Part shown: positions 9,449-19,870 of the stretch, piece after piece
Position numbering within the stretch: the first letter of the stretch is position 1
Layout of the letters: each line of letters opens with the position of its first letter
Source of the DNA: Thermodesulfobacteriota bacterium
GTDB taxonomy: Bacteria; Desulfobacterota; Binatia; Bin18
Direction: 5' to 3'
DNA length: 64,000 nt
NCBI GenBank assembly: GCA_964291405.2
Contig: OZ219926.1
Coordinates: forward strand, 1,280,001 to 1,344,000
Notes under the pieces: generated by a model
Databases searched by the model: none
Seen by the model: the letters and a program-made list of their open reading frames with translations, nothing else
Told to the model about the DNA's origin: nothing
Position numbers and translations under genes: made by a program

Positions 9449-10448
9449 TTACGCCGCCATCATCCACTTGGCCATGCGGAGCATGTCCTGCGGGCTCTCG
9501 GGCAGTTTGCGCATGACCGAGGCCTCAAAGCCGGAGTGCATGAGACAGTTCTGACACAAGGCGTCTTCACGTTTTTCCCAATAGTCCCAATCCACCCCGT
9601 TCCAGAACTCGTCCCAGGTCTTGAAGTATTGCTTGCCGATGAGGTAGCACGGGTCCTTCCAGCCAAAGGGCGTCCGGGTGACATTGCCCCATGGCGTACA
9701 GGGATAGTCGCGCTCGCCAGCGGCGAATTCGAGGAAGAGCGGGGTGAGCGAGATCTTGTAGCGCTCGGACAGTTTCAGCACGTGTTTGAACTTTCTGGTG
9801 GATCTCGTTCCGATAGAGAAAGTGGTTGGTCTTAAGCGCCTCGTAATGATAGCCGGGCGAAATCATGATGCCGTCGACTCCAAGCTCGGTCAGCATCTCG
9901 CACATCTCTTCGATCTCTTCCATGCTGGTTTCGCGGAACACCGTGGTGTTGGTGCACATGGAGTAGCCGAGCTGTTTGCCGAGCTTGATCATTTCAACGG
10001 CCTTGTCAAAGACGCCAGGCTTGTCACACACAAAGTCGTGGGTGTCGCGCATGCCATCCAGATGAACATTAATGGACAGACGCTTATGCGGCTTCCCTTT
10101 GGCGTAAAATCGCTCCAGCAAAATCCCGTTGGTACACAGATAGATGTGGCGCTTACGGCCAATAATGCCCTCGACAAGCTCCGGCAGCTCCGGATACACG
10201 GTTGGTTCTCCACCACAAATTGACACCACCGGCGCACCGGACTGATCCACCGATTCAAAGCATTGATCGAGAGAGAGCCGATCTTTGAGGTCGCCCTGGT
10301 GCCGCTCCGGCGTACATCCCACACAGGCCAGATTACAGGTATAGAGGGGCTCAAGCATGAGCACGACGGGGTAACGAGACTGGCCGCGCAGCTTGTTCTT
10401 GAGCTGCCACTTAATCATGTCGGTCGTGATATGTAATGGAAACCGCAT
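9449..10448 (-). pseudogene. hpnH: adenosyl-hopene transferase HpnH (radical SAM) with a +1 frameshift near 9793 (real or assembly error)
   Basis: PVVLMLEPLYTCNLACVGC, SICGGEP and VHLDG lie in one frame; CTPWGNVTR...PCYL...CQNCLMHSGFE lies in another. Removing one A from CAGAAAGTTC restores EIHQKFKHVLKL. Confidence 0.88.
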
Positions 10449-10607
10449 ACCTTTCCTCGCCCTTGGCCTGCTAGGCTTTTTGATCCCCCAGACCTGCAGG
10501 CTGACCGTTCGGTTAGGGGATATTACCGATCCATAGGCAAGCTCGCAAGGGGGAAGTTTGCGTAATGAGCGCTTTACAAGTTTTCGGGCCTTGGTCACAA
10601 TAGAGCT

Positions 10608-10928
10608 ATGGTAAAGAAGAAGATGGGTGGTCGGGGTAGTGGTGGAAGACAGGAGAACGCGACGCTCGGAGAGCTGAAAGAGGTCGCGATACGGCTGGGC
10701 ATTCAAGTCCGAGAGGAAAAATTGCTGCGTGAAGTTGGGTATCGTGTTCGTGGTGGAAGCTGTCGAGTGCACGATCAAGATGTCGTCTTCCTCGACCGAG
10801 ATCGCCCGGTGACCGAACGGGTTGACATCTTGCTCGACGAGTTATCGCAACGCGAGGTTGATACGCGGGCGCTGTCACCATCGATCCGTCACCTTTTCGC
10901 AGGAACCACAGGAGACCATCCATCATGA
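10608..10928 (+). CDS. conserved hypothetical protein
   Basis: Clean ORF translationally coupled (ATGA overlap) to fur; LGIQVREEK...GGSCRV...FLDR pattern. Confidence 0.7.
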   Translation: MVKKKMGGRGSGGRQENATLGELKEVAIRLGIQVREEKLLREVGYRVRGGSCRVHDQDVVFLDRDRPVTERVDILLDELSQREVDTRALSPSIRHLFAGTTGDHPS

Positions 10929-11389
10929 GTGAGCGGCTTGACACCTTTCGGCTCTGGATCAAAGAGCAGGGGCTCAAGGCCACCGCTCAACGAGAGGACA
11001 TCGCTCGCGTTTTTTTCTCGACCACCCGCCACATCAGTGTGGAAGAACTCTATAGTGAAGTCCGCCAGGTCAATCCGCGGGTGGGCTACGCCACCGTCTA
11101 CCGGACCCTCAAATTACTCAAAGAGTGTGGGCTTGCTGAGGAGCGCCATTTTGCCGACGGGCAAGCCCGCTTTGAGAACGTTGAAGCCGAACGGCACCAC
11201 GATCATCTGATCTGCGAACGCTGCGGGCGCATTATCGAATTCGTCCAGCCCCGGATTGAGGAGCTCCAGGAAGAGCTTGCCCTGCGCTACGACTTTGTGG
11301 CGACCACGCACAAGATGGAAATCTACGGGATTTGCAAAGAATGCCGAGAAAGTCTTGACCCGCGTCAGGGGCGTTCCTTCAGCGGTTAG
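10925..11389 (+). CDS. fur: Fur family transcriptional regulator
   Basis: GLKATAQR, GYATVYRTL, HHDHLICERC and GICKEC. Confidence 0.93.
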   Translation: MSERLDTFRLWIKEQGLKATAQREDIARVFFSTTRHISVEELYSEVRQVNPRVGYATVYRTLKLLKECGLAEERHFADGQARFENVEAERHHDHLICERCGRIIEFVQPRIEELQEELALRYDFVATTHKMEIYGICKECRESLDPRQGRSFSG

Positions 11390-12165
11390 GCATCAAGCCG
11401 AAAGAGACGCGCGGTATTGCGCCACGTGGCCTGAGCCACCTCTTCAAGCGGTACGGCCTTCAGCCGGGCAATCGTTACCGCTACCTGAGAGACATACGCG
11501 GGTTCGTTCCGCCGACCGCGGTATGGGACCGGAGCCAGATACGGGCAATCGGTCTCAATGAGTAGCCGGTCCATTGGCACAAGGGGCACGACTGCGCGCA
11601 GGTCCTGCGCGTTCTTGAACGTCACAATCCCACTGAACGAAAGAGACAAACCCAGGGCCAGCAGGGCCTCGGCTTCTGGTATAGTGCCAGTGAAGCAGTG
11701 CATGACGCCTCGGACTCGGCCACCGCCTTCTTGGCGGAGAATGTCAGCAGCCTCAGCGTAGGCCTCACGGACATGCATGGAGAGTGGCAAGTCGAGTTCG
11801 AGCGCGAGTTGGATAAAGGCTCGAAAATGCTGCTGCTGCGCTTCGCGTGGAGAATACTCGTAGTAAAAATCCAAGCCGGTCTCACCCAACCCAACGACCT
11901 TGGGCTCCTGGGCCAAGCGGCGCAGTTGGTCATAGGTTTCCGGGGTAATCGTTTCGGCATTGTGCGGGTGCACTCCGACCGTGGCAAAAATATCGGGGTG
12001 GTCCTGGGCTAGCGCCACGGCTTTTTCGTTATGCCAAAATTCGCCCGTCGCTCCAATCGTAATAAAACGTTCGATGCCGGCCTGGCGTGCCCGGGTCAGG
12101 AGGGCGGCCCGGTCTTCGTCAAACTGCGTGTCGGTCAGATGACAGTGTGAGTCGGCCAGGCGCAT
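11386..12165 (-). CDS. tatD: TatD family hydrolase/DNase
   Basis: DSHCH, GVHPH, GETGLDF, HCFTG and ETDCPYLAP. Confidence 0.95.
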   Translation of the reverse strand: MRLADSHCHLTDTQFDEDRAALLTRARQAGIERFITIGATGEFWHNEKAVALAQDHPDIFATVGVHPHNAETITPETYDQLRRLAQEPKVVGLGETGLDFYYEYSPREAQQQHFRAFIQLALELDLPLSMHVREAYAEAADILRQEGGGRVRGVMHCFTGTIPEAEALLALGLSLSFSGIVTFKNAQDLRAVVPLVPMDRLLIETDCPYLAPVPYRGRRNEPAYVSQVAVTIARLKAVPLEEVAQATWRNTARLFRLDA

Positions 12166-12183
12166 GGTCGGCGTCGCTCCCCG

Positions 12184-13938
12184 CTAACCCGCCGCCTCTT
12201 GCTCCGGCACGTTTTCATCGAGTTTGACAAATAACGGCGTGGGCTGCCGCAGGGCTTGGCCTGGGACGAGCGTGCCTGGTTCCCACTGGCCGATAGCTGT
12301 GCTGTTGTCATAGCGCAGCACGAGATGCTCACCTCTTGTGTCTTTGACGGTCTGCGTATACTGACGGCCAAAGAGCTGACCATCATAGCCGAGGAACTCG
12401 TGGAGCTGTTGGCTGGTGTGGGGCAGTATAGGTGCCCAGAGAATTTTCAACCAGTCGATGGCTTGCAGCGCCACATAGACTGACGTGGCGGCTTGTTGCG
12501 GGTCCGTCTTGATCGTACTCCAGGGTGCGGCATCGTGCAGATACTGGTTCGCCCGTTGGCTCAGGCGTCGGACTTCCTGCATGGCGGCTTTGAGCTTCAC
12601 ACCGTCGTATAAGTCCCCAACGCTGTGGAACCCAGCTTTGACTTCATCAAGCAGACCCTGCTCTTTTTCGCTCAACGGTCCAGGCTCGGGGATGACGCCC
12701 TTCCACCGCTTATAGGCAAAGCCTAACACCCGGTTCACCAGATTGCCCCAATTTGCCACCAGTTCGTTATTCACGCGTTCCACAAAATCGTCCCAGGTAA
12801 AGTCCACATCGTTTGCTTCCGGCGCAATGGCGGTGAGCGCGTACCGCCACGCGTCAGCCTGGTAGCGTTCGAGCACGTCCAGAATGCTGATAATCCGCCC
12901 CTGACTTTTGCTGAACTTCCGGCCGTACATATTCAGGTATTCGTTGGCCGGCACGTCATAGGGCAAATTCAGGTTCTGGTAGCCAATCAGCATCGCCGGC
13001 CACATCATGGCATGAAAGGGAATATTGTCCTTGCCGATAAAGTTATAGATACGAGCCTGGGGGTTGGTATTGGCATCCCACCACTGCCGCCACTGTTCGG
13101 CGTCGCTGTTGAGTTGAGCCCACTCTTTTGCCGCACTCAGATAGCCGATGACGGCGTCGTACCAGACATAGATACATTTCCCTTCCGTGTTCGGCAGCGG
13201 GATTGCCACACCCCACTCCATGTCGCGGGTGATCGGACGGCCGCGCAGCTCCGTTTGTTCGACCTGGGTACGCGCAAAATGGATGACGTTCGGACGCCAG
13301 TGCGTTTTGCCGTCTTGCAGCCAAGACCGCAGCGGTTCCTGGAGTTTCGATAAATCCAGGAAGTAGTGTTCGGTCGCACGGACTTCGAGGGTGGTGTTCC
13401 CGGTAATCCGCGAGCGCGGGTTTTTGAGCTCGACCGCTTCGTAGGTACGCCCGCACTGATCACACTGGTCCCCGCGCGCTTCGTCGTAGTCACAAAACGG
13501 GCAGTTGCCCTCAACATAGCGGTCGGGCAGAAAACGGTTTGCCTGAGCGTCATACAACTGCTGCTGGCTGTCCTGGTAGATATAGCCTCCCTCCAGATGG
13601 GTGCGAAAAATATCCTGCGTCACATCCCAGTGGTTTTGAGTCTCTGTATGGGTGAAGAGGTCGAACGTCAAACCGAGCTTGAGGTAGCTGTCAACAAACG
13701 TGGCATGAAACCGATCAACAATTTCAGCCGGGCTGACACTCTCTGCCTCAGCTCGGACGGTAATAGGGGTGCCGTGCGTGTCGGAGCCACTCACCATCAG
13801 GACATGGTTGCCGCGCATACGCTGGAAGCGGGCAAATATATCAGGTGGAAGATAGGCGCCGGCAATATGGCCGATGTGCTGTTCGCCATTTGCGTACGGC
13901 CAGGCGACGCCAACAAGTATATGCCGTGGGTGATCCAT
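12184..13938 (-). CDS. metG: methionyl-tRNA synthetase (no C-terminal tRNA-binding domain)
   Basis: PYANG..HIGH, Zn knuckle CPFC...[12 protein letters not shown] and KFSKS. Confidence 0.96.
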   Translation of the reverse strand: MDHPRHILVGVAWPYANGEQHIGHIAGAYLPPDIFARFQRMRGNHVLMVSGSDTHGTPITVRAEAESVSPAEIVDRFHATFVDSYLKLGLTFDLFTHTETQNHWDVTQDIFRTHLEGGYIYQDSQQQLYDAQANRFLPDRYVEGNCPFCDYDEARGDQCDQCGRTYEAVELKNPRSRITGNTTLEVRATEHYFLDLSKLQEPLRSWLQDGKTHWRPNVIHFARTQVEQTELRGRPITRDMEWGVAIPLPNTEGKCIYVWYDAVIGYLSAAKEWAQLNSDAEQWRQWWDANTNPQARIYNFIGKDNIPFHAMMWPAMLIGYQNLNLPYDVPANEYLNMYGRKFSKSQGRIISILDVLERYQADAWRYALTAIAPEANDVDFTWDDFVERVNNELVANWGNLVNRVLGFAYKRWKGVIPEPGPLSEKEQGLLDEVKAGFHSVGDLYDGVKLKAAMQEVRRLSQRANQYLHDAAPWSTIKTDPQQAATSVYVALQAIDWLKILWAPILPHTSQQLHEFLGYDGQLFGRQYTQTVKDTRGEHLVLRYDNSTAIGQWEPGTLVPGQALRQPTPLFVKLDENVPEQEAAG

Positions 13939-14016
13939 GTGTGTCTCCTCGAATCTCTCTAAAGAGCAAACGTGCCCAGCTTCATTTGGCTGTTTGGAGG
14001 GCGCGTTTACTCTTTC

Positions 14017-15051
14017 CTAGCGGGCGGGCGCCACCTCAGCAAGTTCCAGCAGCATATCTTCGACGGCGAGTCGCGGGTTGGCGTTTCGGTCCAGGGCCTG
14101 CATTGTATCGTAGACGGCGTTAAGATCGCGTAAGGCCCTGGAGATACTCACGTTCGCGGTCGCCTGGCCCAAAGCGGACAGGCAGTCCTGATAGCGCACG
14201 ACCGCGCTCTTGCCAAGTAAGAGGTAGCGCAGCCCCTCTTCATACCAGGCCAGAACGAGTTCCAGGCGAGCGCCTCTCTCCAAGGCTTGTGGCGTCTCGG
14301 CTTTCTTCTTTGCCTTGGGGGTACGGTCGGCTACCAGCCATTCAGCTAGCTGGGATAAGGTTGAAAAAGAAGCACCGTGTACGGTGGAGAGGTGCTCGAC
14401 AACCCGCTGTCGCTCCTCAATCAGGGTGGGTGGATCAAGGCTGAGGGCACGGCCAATACTCCCGCGACTGTAGCGGGCGAGGAGGCTGGCTGTGTCGGCC
14501 TCCAGACCGGCCGCCTGCCGCAGGATGCGTTCCACGTCCTGAACCGGCAGGGGAGCAAAGCGCACGTGTTGGCAGCGCGACAGTAGAGGTAGAGAGAGCG
14601 TGGCCCCGCTCACGGCAATCAACACGATAATCGCGTCGCCGGGCGGTTCTTCAAGAACCTTGAGCAGGGCACTCTGCGCCTGATCTGTCAGAATATGCGC
14701 CCCATTGAGTATACAGACTTTCTTGCCGCCACGAACAGGCCGGAGCCCTAAAAAGCGCTGCATCGTCCGAATCTGATCGATACCCATGCTCTGCTTTCCA
14801 GGGAGGGGCGCGCTGAAATAATAATCCGGATGGGAGCCCGCTTGCAGAGACACGCAGGCAGAGCAGGAGGTACACCCGCGCTGAGGGGCCTCCTGGCAGA
14901 GTAAAGCGTGGGCCAGGGCAACGGCGGTACAACGCTTACCGATGCCGTCCGGCCCGGTAAAGAGATACGCGTGGGCAACTCGATCATTGGCCAGTGCCTT
15001 GCGCAATGTCGCAAGCGCTGAGGCATGGCCGTGTATCTGATCCAGCAGCAT
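14017..15051 (-). CDS. holB: DNA polymerase III subunit delta'
   Basis: HAYLFTGPDGIGK, C...CTSCSAC, HPD and ALLKVLEEPP; tmk-holB-metG synteny. Confidence 0.93.
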   Translation of the reverse strand: MLLDQIHGHASALATLRKALANDRVAHAYLFTGPDGIGKRCTAVALAHALLCQEAPQRGCTSCSACVSLQAGSHPDYYFSAPLPGKQSMGIDQIRTMQRFLGLRPVRGGKKVCILNGAHILTDQAQSALLKVLEEPPGDAIIVLIAVSGATLSLPLLSRCQHVRFAPLPVQDVERILRQAAGLEADTASLLARYSRGSIGRALSLDPPTLIEERQRVVEHLSTVHGASFSTLSQLAEWLVADRTPKAKKKAETPQALERGARLELVLAWYEEGLRYLLLGKSAVVRYQDCLSALGQATANVSISRALRDLNAVYDTMQALDRNANPRLAVEDMLLELAEVAPAR

Positions 15052-15071
15052 GGTTTTCCCTCTGTCTCTCC

Positions 15072-15722
15072 TTAGAGAAGGGCGGGCAAACGATTGCGGA
15101 CACCGGCAAGAACAGTAGTGTGTACAGCCTCGATATCCTGGGTTGCATCAATTAAGCAGACCCGCTCGGGCTCAGCGCGGGCAATGGCTAAGAACCCCTC
15201 GCGCACCCGCTCGTGAAAACTCGCTGACGCAGCCTCAAAGTGGTCAATCGCCGCCCCTCCCCGTCGTGCGTTGGCTCGCTCCATCCCAACGGTAACCGGC
15301 AAATCCAACACGAAGGTCAGTTGCGGTCTGCATGCGCTGCACACAAAGGCGTTCAGCCGCGCAACCTCAGCCAGATCAAAGCCGCGTCCATAGCCTTGAT
15401 ACGCGGTGGTCGAGTCCGCGTACCGGTCGCATAACACAATACGCCCGGCTTGCAGGCTGGGTAGGATGACCTCATGAATATGCTGCGCCCGGTCGGCAAG
15501 CATGAGAAGTAATTCAGCCGAGGGAGCGAGCGGGTCAGTCGGCTGCCCGGTGGACGGGCGTAACAAGAGCTGGCGCAGGGTCTGCCCGATTGGCGTGCCG
15601 CCCGGCTCGCGCGTCTCAACAACGTCGTGGCCGCGCGCGCGCAACGCCTCGGCCAGGAGAGAGATCTGGGTGGTCTTCCCGCCGCCTTCACTCCCCTCAA
15701 AGGTGATCAAAAATCCGCTCAT
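15072..15722 (-). CDS. tmk: thymidylate kinase
   Basis: FEGSEGGGKTTQ, REPGGT, ADRAQH and DRYADSTTAYQG. Confidence 0.96.
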   Translation of the reverse strand: MSGFLITFEGSEGGGKTTQISLLAEALRARGHDVVETREPGGTPIGQTLRQLLLRPSTGQPTDPLAPSAELLLMLADRAQHIHEVILPSLQAGRIVLCDRYADSTTAYQGYGRGFDLAEVARLNAFVCSACRPQLTFVLDLPVTVGMERANARRGGAAIDHFEAASASFHERVREGFLAIARAEPERVCLIDATQDIEAVHTTVLAGVRNRLPALL

Positions 15723-15761
15723 GAGACGTGCTCTCTGGGCGTGTGGAACATAGCGAAAAAG

Positions 15762-17627
15762 TTAGCCGACTTCCAATCCAACCGATCGCATCAGCGCTAA
15801 GGCATTACTCTTTTGGACGACACCGGTCCGCATGCGATAATCGAACTGCAGATCGCCGTCTTCGAATTGATCCTCAAAACAGAAGACTACGTTGGTCACG
15901 CGCGGAGATAGACTATCGGCAATCCGGGCCAAGGCGAGATCGTGGGTAGTGACCAAACCAATGGCCCCCCGTTCAAGTAGACTCCGGACCACGGCGGCTG
16001 CACCAATCTGGCGGTCGTGAGAATTTGTCCCGTGAAAAATCTCGTCCAAAAGAAACAGCAAGGGTACCGGACCAGCCGCACCATCCATCAGTTGGCGGAT
16101 GCGTATCACCTCCGCGTAGAAGCGAGAGGTGCCGGCATGCAGAGAATCCTGGATACGCAGGCTTGCCCCGAGCGTCAGCGGAGAGAGGCGGAGGCATCGC
16201 GCCCGCACGGGTGCACCAGCCAAGGCCAGGACGGCGTTCACCCCGACGGTCCTGAGTAGCGTGCTCTTGCCCGACATATTGGAACCGCTGACAATCAACG
16301 CCTGAGGAGATTGATTCAGGGTAATATCGTTACGTACACAGCGCTGTTCAGGCATCAACGGATGACCGAGCCCAGTTCCTTCAAAACAGACACAACGTTG
16401 GCCATCCTTTTGCCGGGACACAATTTCCGGGAAGGGGTCGGTCGGATGTTCATACGCATAGCCGGCCAGCGCATTCAGGCCCTCGAATTGGCCGATCGCA
16501 CGCAGCCATTGGGCAATGTCTCGGCCCGATACGGCCCGCCAGCGTTCGATGGCAGCGGCAATCTGTGTCGTCCACAGCAGCAGAGCGGCCAGTGGAACAA
16601 AAATCTGATTCTTGCGAGATTCGAGCAAGGTAATCAAACGGTTGAGTCGAGCAATCTGGCGCGATGGCGGTGAGCCGCTCGTTGCAATGAATGCCTGAAG
16701 ACGGGCCAGCCACGGACACGCAAACCTCTCTTGTTCCAGACAGGTCAGAACTGCGGACAGCAGGCTGAGCTCGCGTCCGATCCGCTCGATATTCACAACG
16801 GCACGTCCGACCCGCTGCCGAACACTGGCGGCAAAAAGACCTTGCACCACACTTGCCACCACAAACGGGCCTGGCCCTATCGATGTCAGTCCCCAGGCGG
16901 CGAGGGTCGCTAACGACGCAAACGAGAGGACGCCGGCAACAATAGACACCCACCAGCCAGAGAGATGCGGCGGCGCTTGTCCCCAGTCTTGCAGGATCTG
17001 GGGCGAGACACCAGCTTCAATATCGTCGCCACGGATGGCCAACTCTTCGCGCAGGTCGAGGCGGAGACATAATTCATCAATAGCGGCCTGACGAGCGCGA
17101 ATCTCTTCGGGCGTCGCTGGTGTTGTGAGCCATGCGGCCAGGGTCTGTCGTCCGCTCGAAGTCCGCGCGGTACACAGCAAGGCGAACACCGAGCCTGGAC
17201 CAAACAGGTCGAGGTCGGCGGCATAGGGATGACCGACCCGCTGACTCTCTTGCAGGAATTCGTCCCCAGACTCCCCGCGCTCAACCCAACGCTCTTCAAG
17301 CCGGTCTAATCCCTGGGTGTAAAACGCTACACTCCGCTCTGCCCGCAGCCGCCGGTGCTTAACCCGTTCATGGTAGAGCACGAGTCCGGCAAAGCCGATC
17401 ACAAAAGGCAGTAACCAGCCCCATGACAGGGTTCCGGGCCGCAGGAAAAACCATGTAACACCACAGCCGACAAGAAAGAGCATAAGACGCGCATTGCCTA
17501 TCGTGCGGTCCCGCTGCGTACAGTAGCGAAATTGGCTTTCGCGTTGACTCAGCCGCTCAGTATACACGGCCTGCGGGTCCGCGGGACGCGGTTGGTCTTC
17601 AGTATTCCGCGACAGGTCGGCCGACAT
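15762..17627 (-). CDS. membrane-anchored MutS-family ATPase (MutS domain V only)
   Basis: SGSNMSGKSTLLR, DSL..GTSRFYAE, LLDEIFHGTN and TTHD; hydrophobic segments in the N-terminal half; no mismatch-binding domain evident. Confidence 0.85.
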   Translation of the reverse strand: MSADLSRNTEDQPRPADPQAVYTERLSQRESQFRYCTQRDRTIGNARLMLFLVGCGVTWFFLRPGTLSWGWLLPFVIGFAGLVLYHERVKHRRLRAERSVAFYTQGLDRLEERWVERGESGDEFLQESQRVGHPYAADLDLFGPGSVFALLCTARTSSGRQTLAAWLTTPATPEEIRARQAAIDELCLRLDLREELAIRGDDIEAGVSPQILQDWGQAPPHLSGWWVSIVAGVLSFASLATLAAWGLTSIGPGPFVVASVVQGLFAASVRQRVGRAVVNIERIGRELSLLSAVLTCLEQERFACPWLARLQAFIATSGSPPSRQIARLNRLITLLESRKNQIFVPLAALLLWTTQIAAAIERWRAVSGRDIAQWLRAIGQFEGLNALAGYAYEHPTDPFPEIVSRQKDGQRCVCFEGTGLGHPLMPEQRCVRNDITLNQSPQALIVSGSNMSGKSTLLRTVGVNAVLALAGAPVRARCLRLSPLTLGASLRIQDSLHAGTSRFYAEVIRIRQLMDGAAGPVPLLFLLDEIFHGTNSHDRQIGAAAVVRSLLERGAIGLVTTHDLALARIADSLSPRVTNVVFCFEDQFEDGDLQFDYRMRTGVVQKSNALALMRSVGLEVG

Positions 17628-17664
17628 TATGCTGTAGTCCTTTTCACGTTAAAGGTGGAGTCGG

Positions 17665-18486
17665 TTAGCGGAGGCCGAGATACCACACGATCAGGGATTC
17701 TCCTATGAAGAGATAACACCCTGCGCCAAACGCCAGGAACGGACCGAACGGTAAAGCGAGTTTGGAGTCGGCCCGACGCCGTATCATAGTGACAATTCCG
17801 ATCACCGATCCGGCGCAGGAAGCGATCAGCAGGGTGAAAGGTATGGCGCGCCAGCCCAGAAAAGCACCTATCATGGCCAACAGTTTGATATCTCCCCCGC
17901 CCATGCCCTCGCGTCTCGTCACGGCCCAATAGCCGAACGCCACTATCAGCAGGACACCGGCGCCAAGCCCAGCGCCTATGAGTGATTCCCAGAACGTTAC
18001 ATGTGAGGAAATTAGAGAAAAGAGCAGGCCGAGGATAATCCCAGGCAGACTAATGACATCGGGAATAATTTGATGATCCACATCAATAAACGTGATGACG
18101 ACCAAAGCTGCGGCAAAGACGAAATACCCTAGGGTTACCAGGGTGACGCCAAATTGAATCACCAGCAGGATGGCAAGACAGGCGGTCAGCAGTTCGACCC
18201 AGAAGTAGCGGACAGAAAACCGGGCGCCGCACACCCGGCAACGTCCGCGTCGAACAAGATAGGAGAACAACGGAATATTGTCGTACCAGGTAAGCGGGGT
18301 TGAACAGCTACGACAGTGGGAACCTGGGGAAATCACCGACTCCTCAAGAGGGAGACGGTAAATACATACGTTCAGGAAACTCCCAATACAGGCGCCGCAG
18401 ACGCAAACGGCCAGGGAAACGAACAGCGGTGGGAGGTCAATGGGTAGCAACCACTGTAGTCTAATCGATCCGGACCCGACCGGCAA
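17665..18486 (-). CDS. pilD: prepilin peptidase / N-methyltransferase
   Basis: GSFLNVCIYRLP, SHCRSC, GRCRVC, IDVDHQIIPD, GMGGGDIKL and PFGPFL; exact start uncertain. Confidence 0.95.
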   Translation of the reverse strand: MPVGSGSIRLQWLLPIDLPPLFVSLAVCVCGACIGSFLNVCIYRLPLEESVISPGSHCRSCSTPLTWYDNIPLFSYLVRRGRCRVCGARFSVRYFWVELLTACLAILLVIQFGVTLVTLGYFVFAAALVVITFIDVDHQIIPDVISLPGIILGLLFSLISSHVTFWESLIGAGLGAGVLLIVAFGYWAVTRREGMGGGDIKLLAMIGAFLGWRAIPFTLLIASCAGSVIGIVTMIRRRADSKLALPFGPFLAFGAGCYLFIGESLIVWYLGLR

Positions 18487-18492
18487 GATTGA

Positions 18493-18620
18493 TCACAATG
18501 CGTTTCGAGAATTGTCCGTCAAGAGACGCCAGCGTGAGAGGCGTCCCACCGCCAACATGGCCACGAGGACTTCAATCAGCGAGCTGCATAGCAGTCGGTT
18601 TCTTCTATGCAGGCTTTTTG
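18493..18620 (-). pseudogene. possible remnant of a type IV prepilin/pseudopilin N-terminus
   Basis: Translates as AKSLHRRNRLLCSSLIEVLVAMLAVG..., resembling the GF(S/T)LIEVLVAM class III signal; no start codon; directly upstream of pilD. Confidence 0.4.
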
Positions 18621-18683
18621 CCCTCCCTACTCCTCTATCGATCTCTACTTTTCACAAGAGGTCGTTCGGTTCATGTGAGGATT

Positions 18684-18712
18684 TGCGTCCTTTGTCTCGC
18701 CTCATCCGTCTG
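18684..18712 (+). promoter_or_regulatory. putative ECF-type (SigZ) promoter
   Basis: TGCGTCCTTT-N13-CGTCT about 35 nt upstream of the arsI-sigZ unit; CGTC is a common ECF -10 element. Confidence 0.35.
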
Positions 18713-18745
18713 TATAGATAGACGCTGTTATACAGGAGGTTTTCT

Positions 18746-19264
18746 ATGAACGGTCAATCTGCAGTAGAATTTGCGACTCCGACCCGAGTCCACATTGGTT
18801 TGTCAGTCCGTGATACGGAGCGCTCCACTACATTTTATCGACACCTGTTCGCCCAGGAGCCGACCAAGGTACGCCCAGGCTACGCAAAATTCGAGGTCGC
18901 CGACCCTCCCGTGAACCTCACATTGAATGCAGATGCGGACCGACAGACCCGGCCCGGTCCAAGTGCCCACTTCGGGGTTCAGGTCAAATCAACCGAGACC
19001 GTCGCTCGGATCGCAACCCGGTTGCAGGCCACGGGGCTCAATCCACGCCTGGAAGATGCCGTCTCGTGTTGTTACGCTGTGCAGGACAAAGCCTGGGTCA
19101 CCGACCCGGACGGGAACGCCTGGGAGATTTTTGTGGTCCTGGATGCCGATGCGCCAGATTACACAAGAACGAAGCGGAATGCCGGCGATGCGGGAACGGG
19201 TGACGCTGCACACCAAGAAGCCACTCAAAGCTCTTGTTGTGCAGTCGAATGCTGTTCGGAATAG
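18746..19264 (+). CDS. ArsI/CadI family VOC (glyoxalase-like) metalloid-resistance protein
   Basis: RVHIGLSV, PTKVRPGYAKF, HFGVQV and CCYAVQDKAWVTDPDGNAWE; Cys-rich tail. Confidence 0.9.
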   Translation: MNGQSAVEFATPTRVHIGLSVRDTERSTTFYRHLFAQEPTKVRPGYAKFEVADPPVNLTLNADADRQTRPGPSAHFGVQVKSTETVARIATRLQATGLNPRLEDAVSCCYAVQDKAWVTDPDGNAWEIFVVLDADAPDYTRTKRNAGDAGTGDAAHQEATQSSCCAVECCSE

Positions 19265-19272
19265 GAGGCCGG

Positions 19273-19860
19273 ATGAACGTCTCAACTGAGCATGCCTGGC
19301 AGACGCTGAGCCAGCAGATGCGCGCGTTCTTTCGCCGCCGTGTCACGGATGACCAATTGGCGGAAGACCTGCTCCAAGAGACGTTTGTACGGGTCCACAA
19401 CGGACTCGCCTCCCTCCAGGAACAGGAACGGCTGGCAGCCTGGGTCCAGCGGGTTGCCCATAACACGCTGAGAGATTATTTCCGCAAGGGCTTCGTCTCG
19501 AAAGAGGTACTCGCCCCTGACGGTGTCGTGGCGGAGGCTATTCCTGAAGAGCACATCTCAGACGATAACTATAATCAGGAGATCGCGGGCGGCCTAGGGG
19601 ACATCGTGCAGCAGCTGCCGCCACGGTATCGTGAGGCAATAGAGCTAGCGGAACTCGAAGGGCTGACACAAAGTGAGGTCGGTGCACGCTTAGGCTTGTC
19701 CCTGTCTGGGGCCAAGTCTCGCGTCCAACGCGGTCGGGATAAGCTGAAAGATCTGTTACTGGAGTGCTGCCATTTTGAGCTTGACCGGCACGGCAACGTG
19801 GTCGATTACCAGCCGCAGCGCGCGTGTTCTGACTGCTGCGGAAACCCGGTTAAGACCTAA
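19273..19860 (+). CDS. sigZ: ECF sigma factor, SigZ type
   Basis: AEDLLQETF, LGLSLSGAKSRVQRGR and LLECCHFELDRHG, Cys-rich C-terminus; aggagg RBS. Confidence 0.9.
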   Translation: MNVSTEHAWQTLSQQMRAFFRRRVTDDQLAEDLLQETFVRVHNGLASLQEQERLAAWVQRVAHNTLRDYFRKGFVSKEVLAPDGVVAEAIPEEHISDDNYNQEIAGGLGDIVQQLPPRYREAIELAELEGLTQSEVGARLGLSLSGAKSRVQRGRDKLKDLLLECCHFELDRHGNVVDYQPQRACSDCCGNPVKT

Positions 19861-19870
19861 GCCGCCCCGG

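Noticed and set aside
9785-9800. Programmed ribosomal frameshift in hpnH
   Set aside because: No canonical slippery heptamer or stimulator is evident; an indel is simpler.
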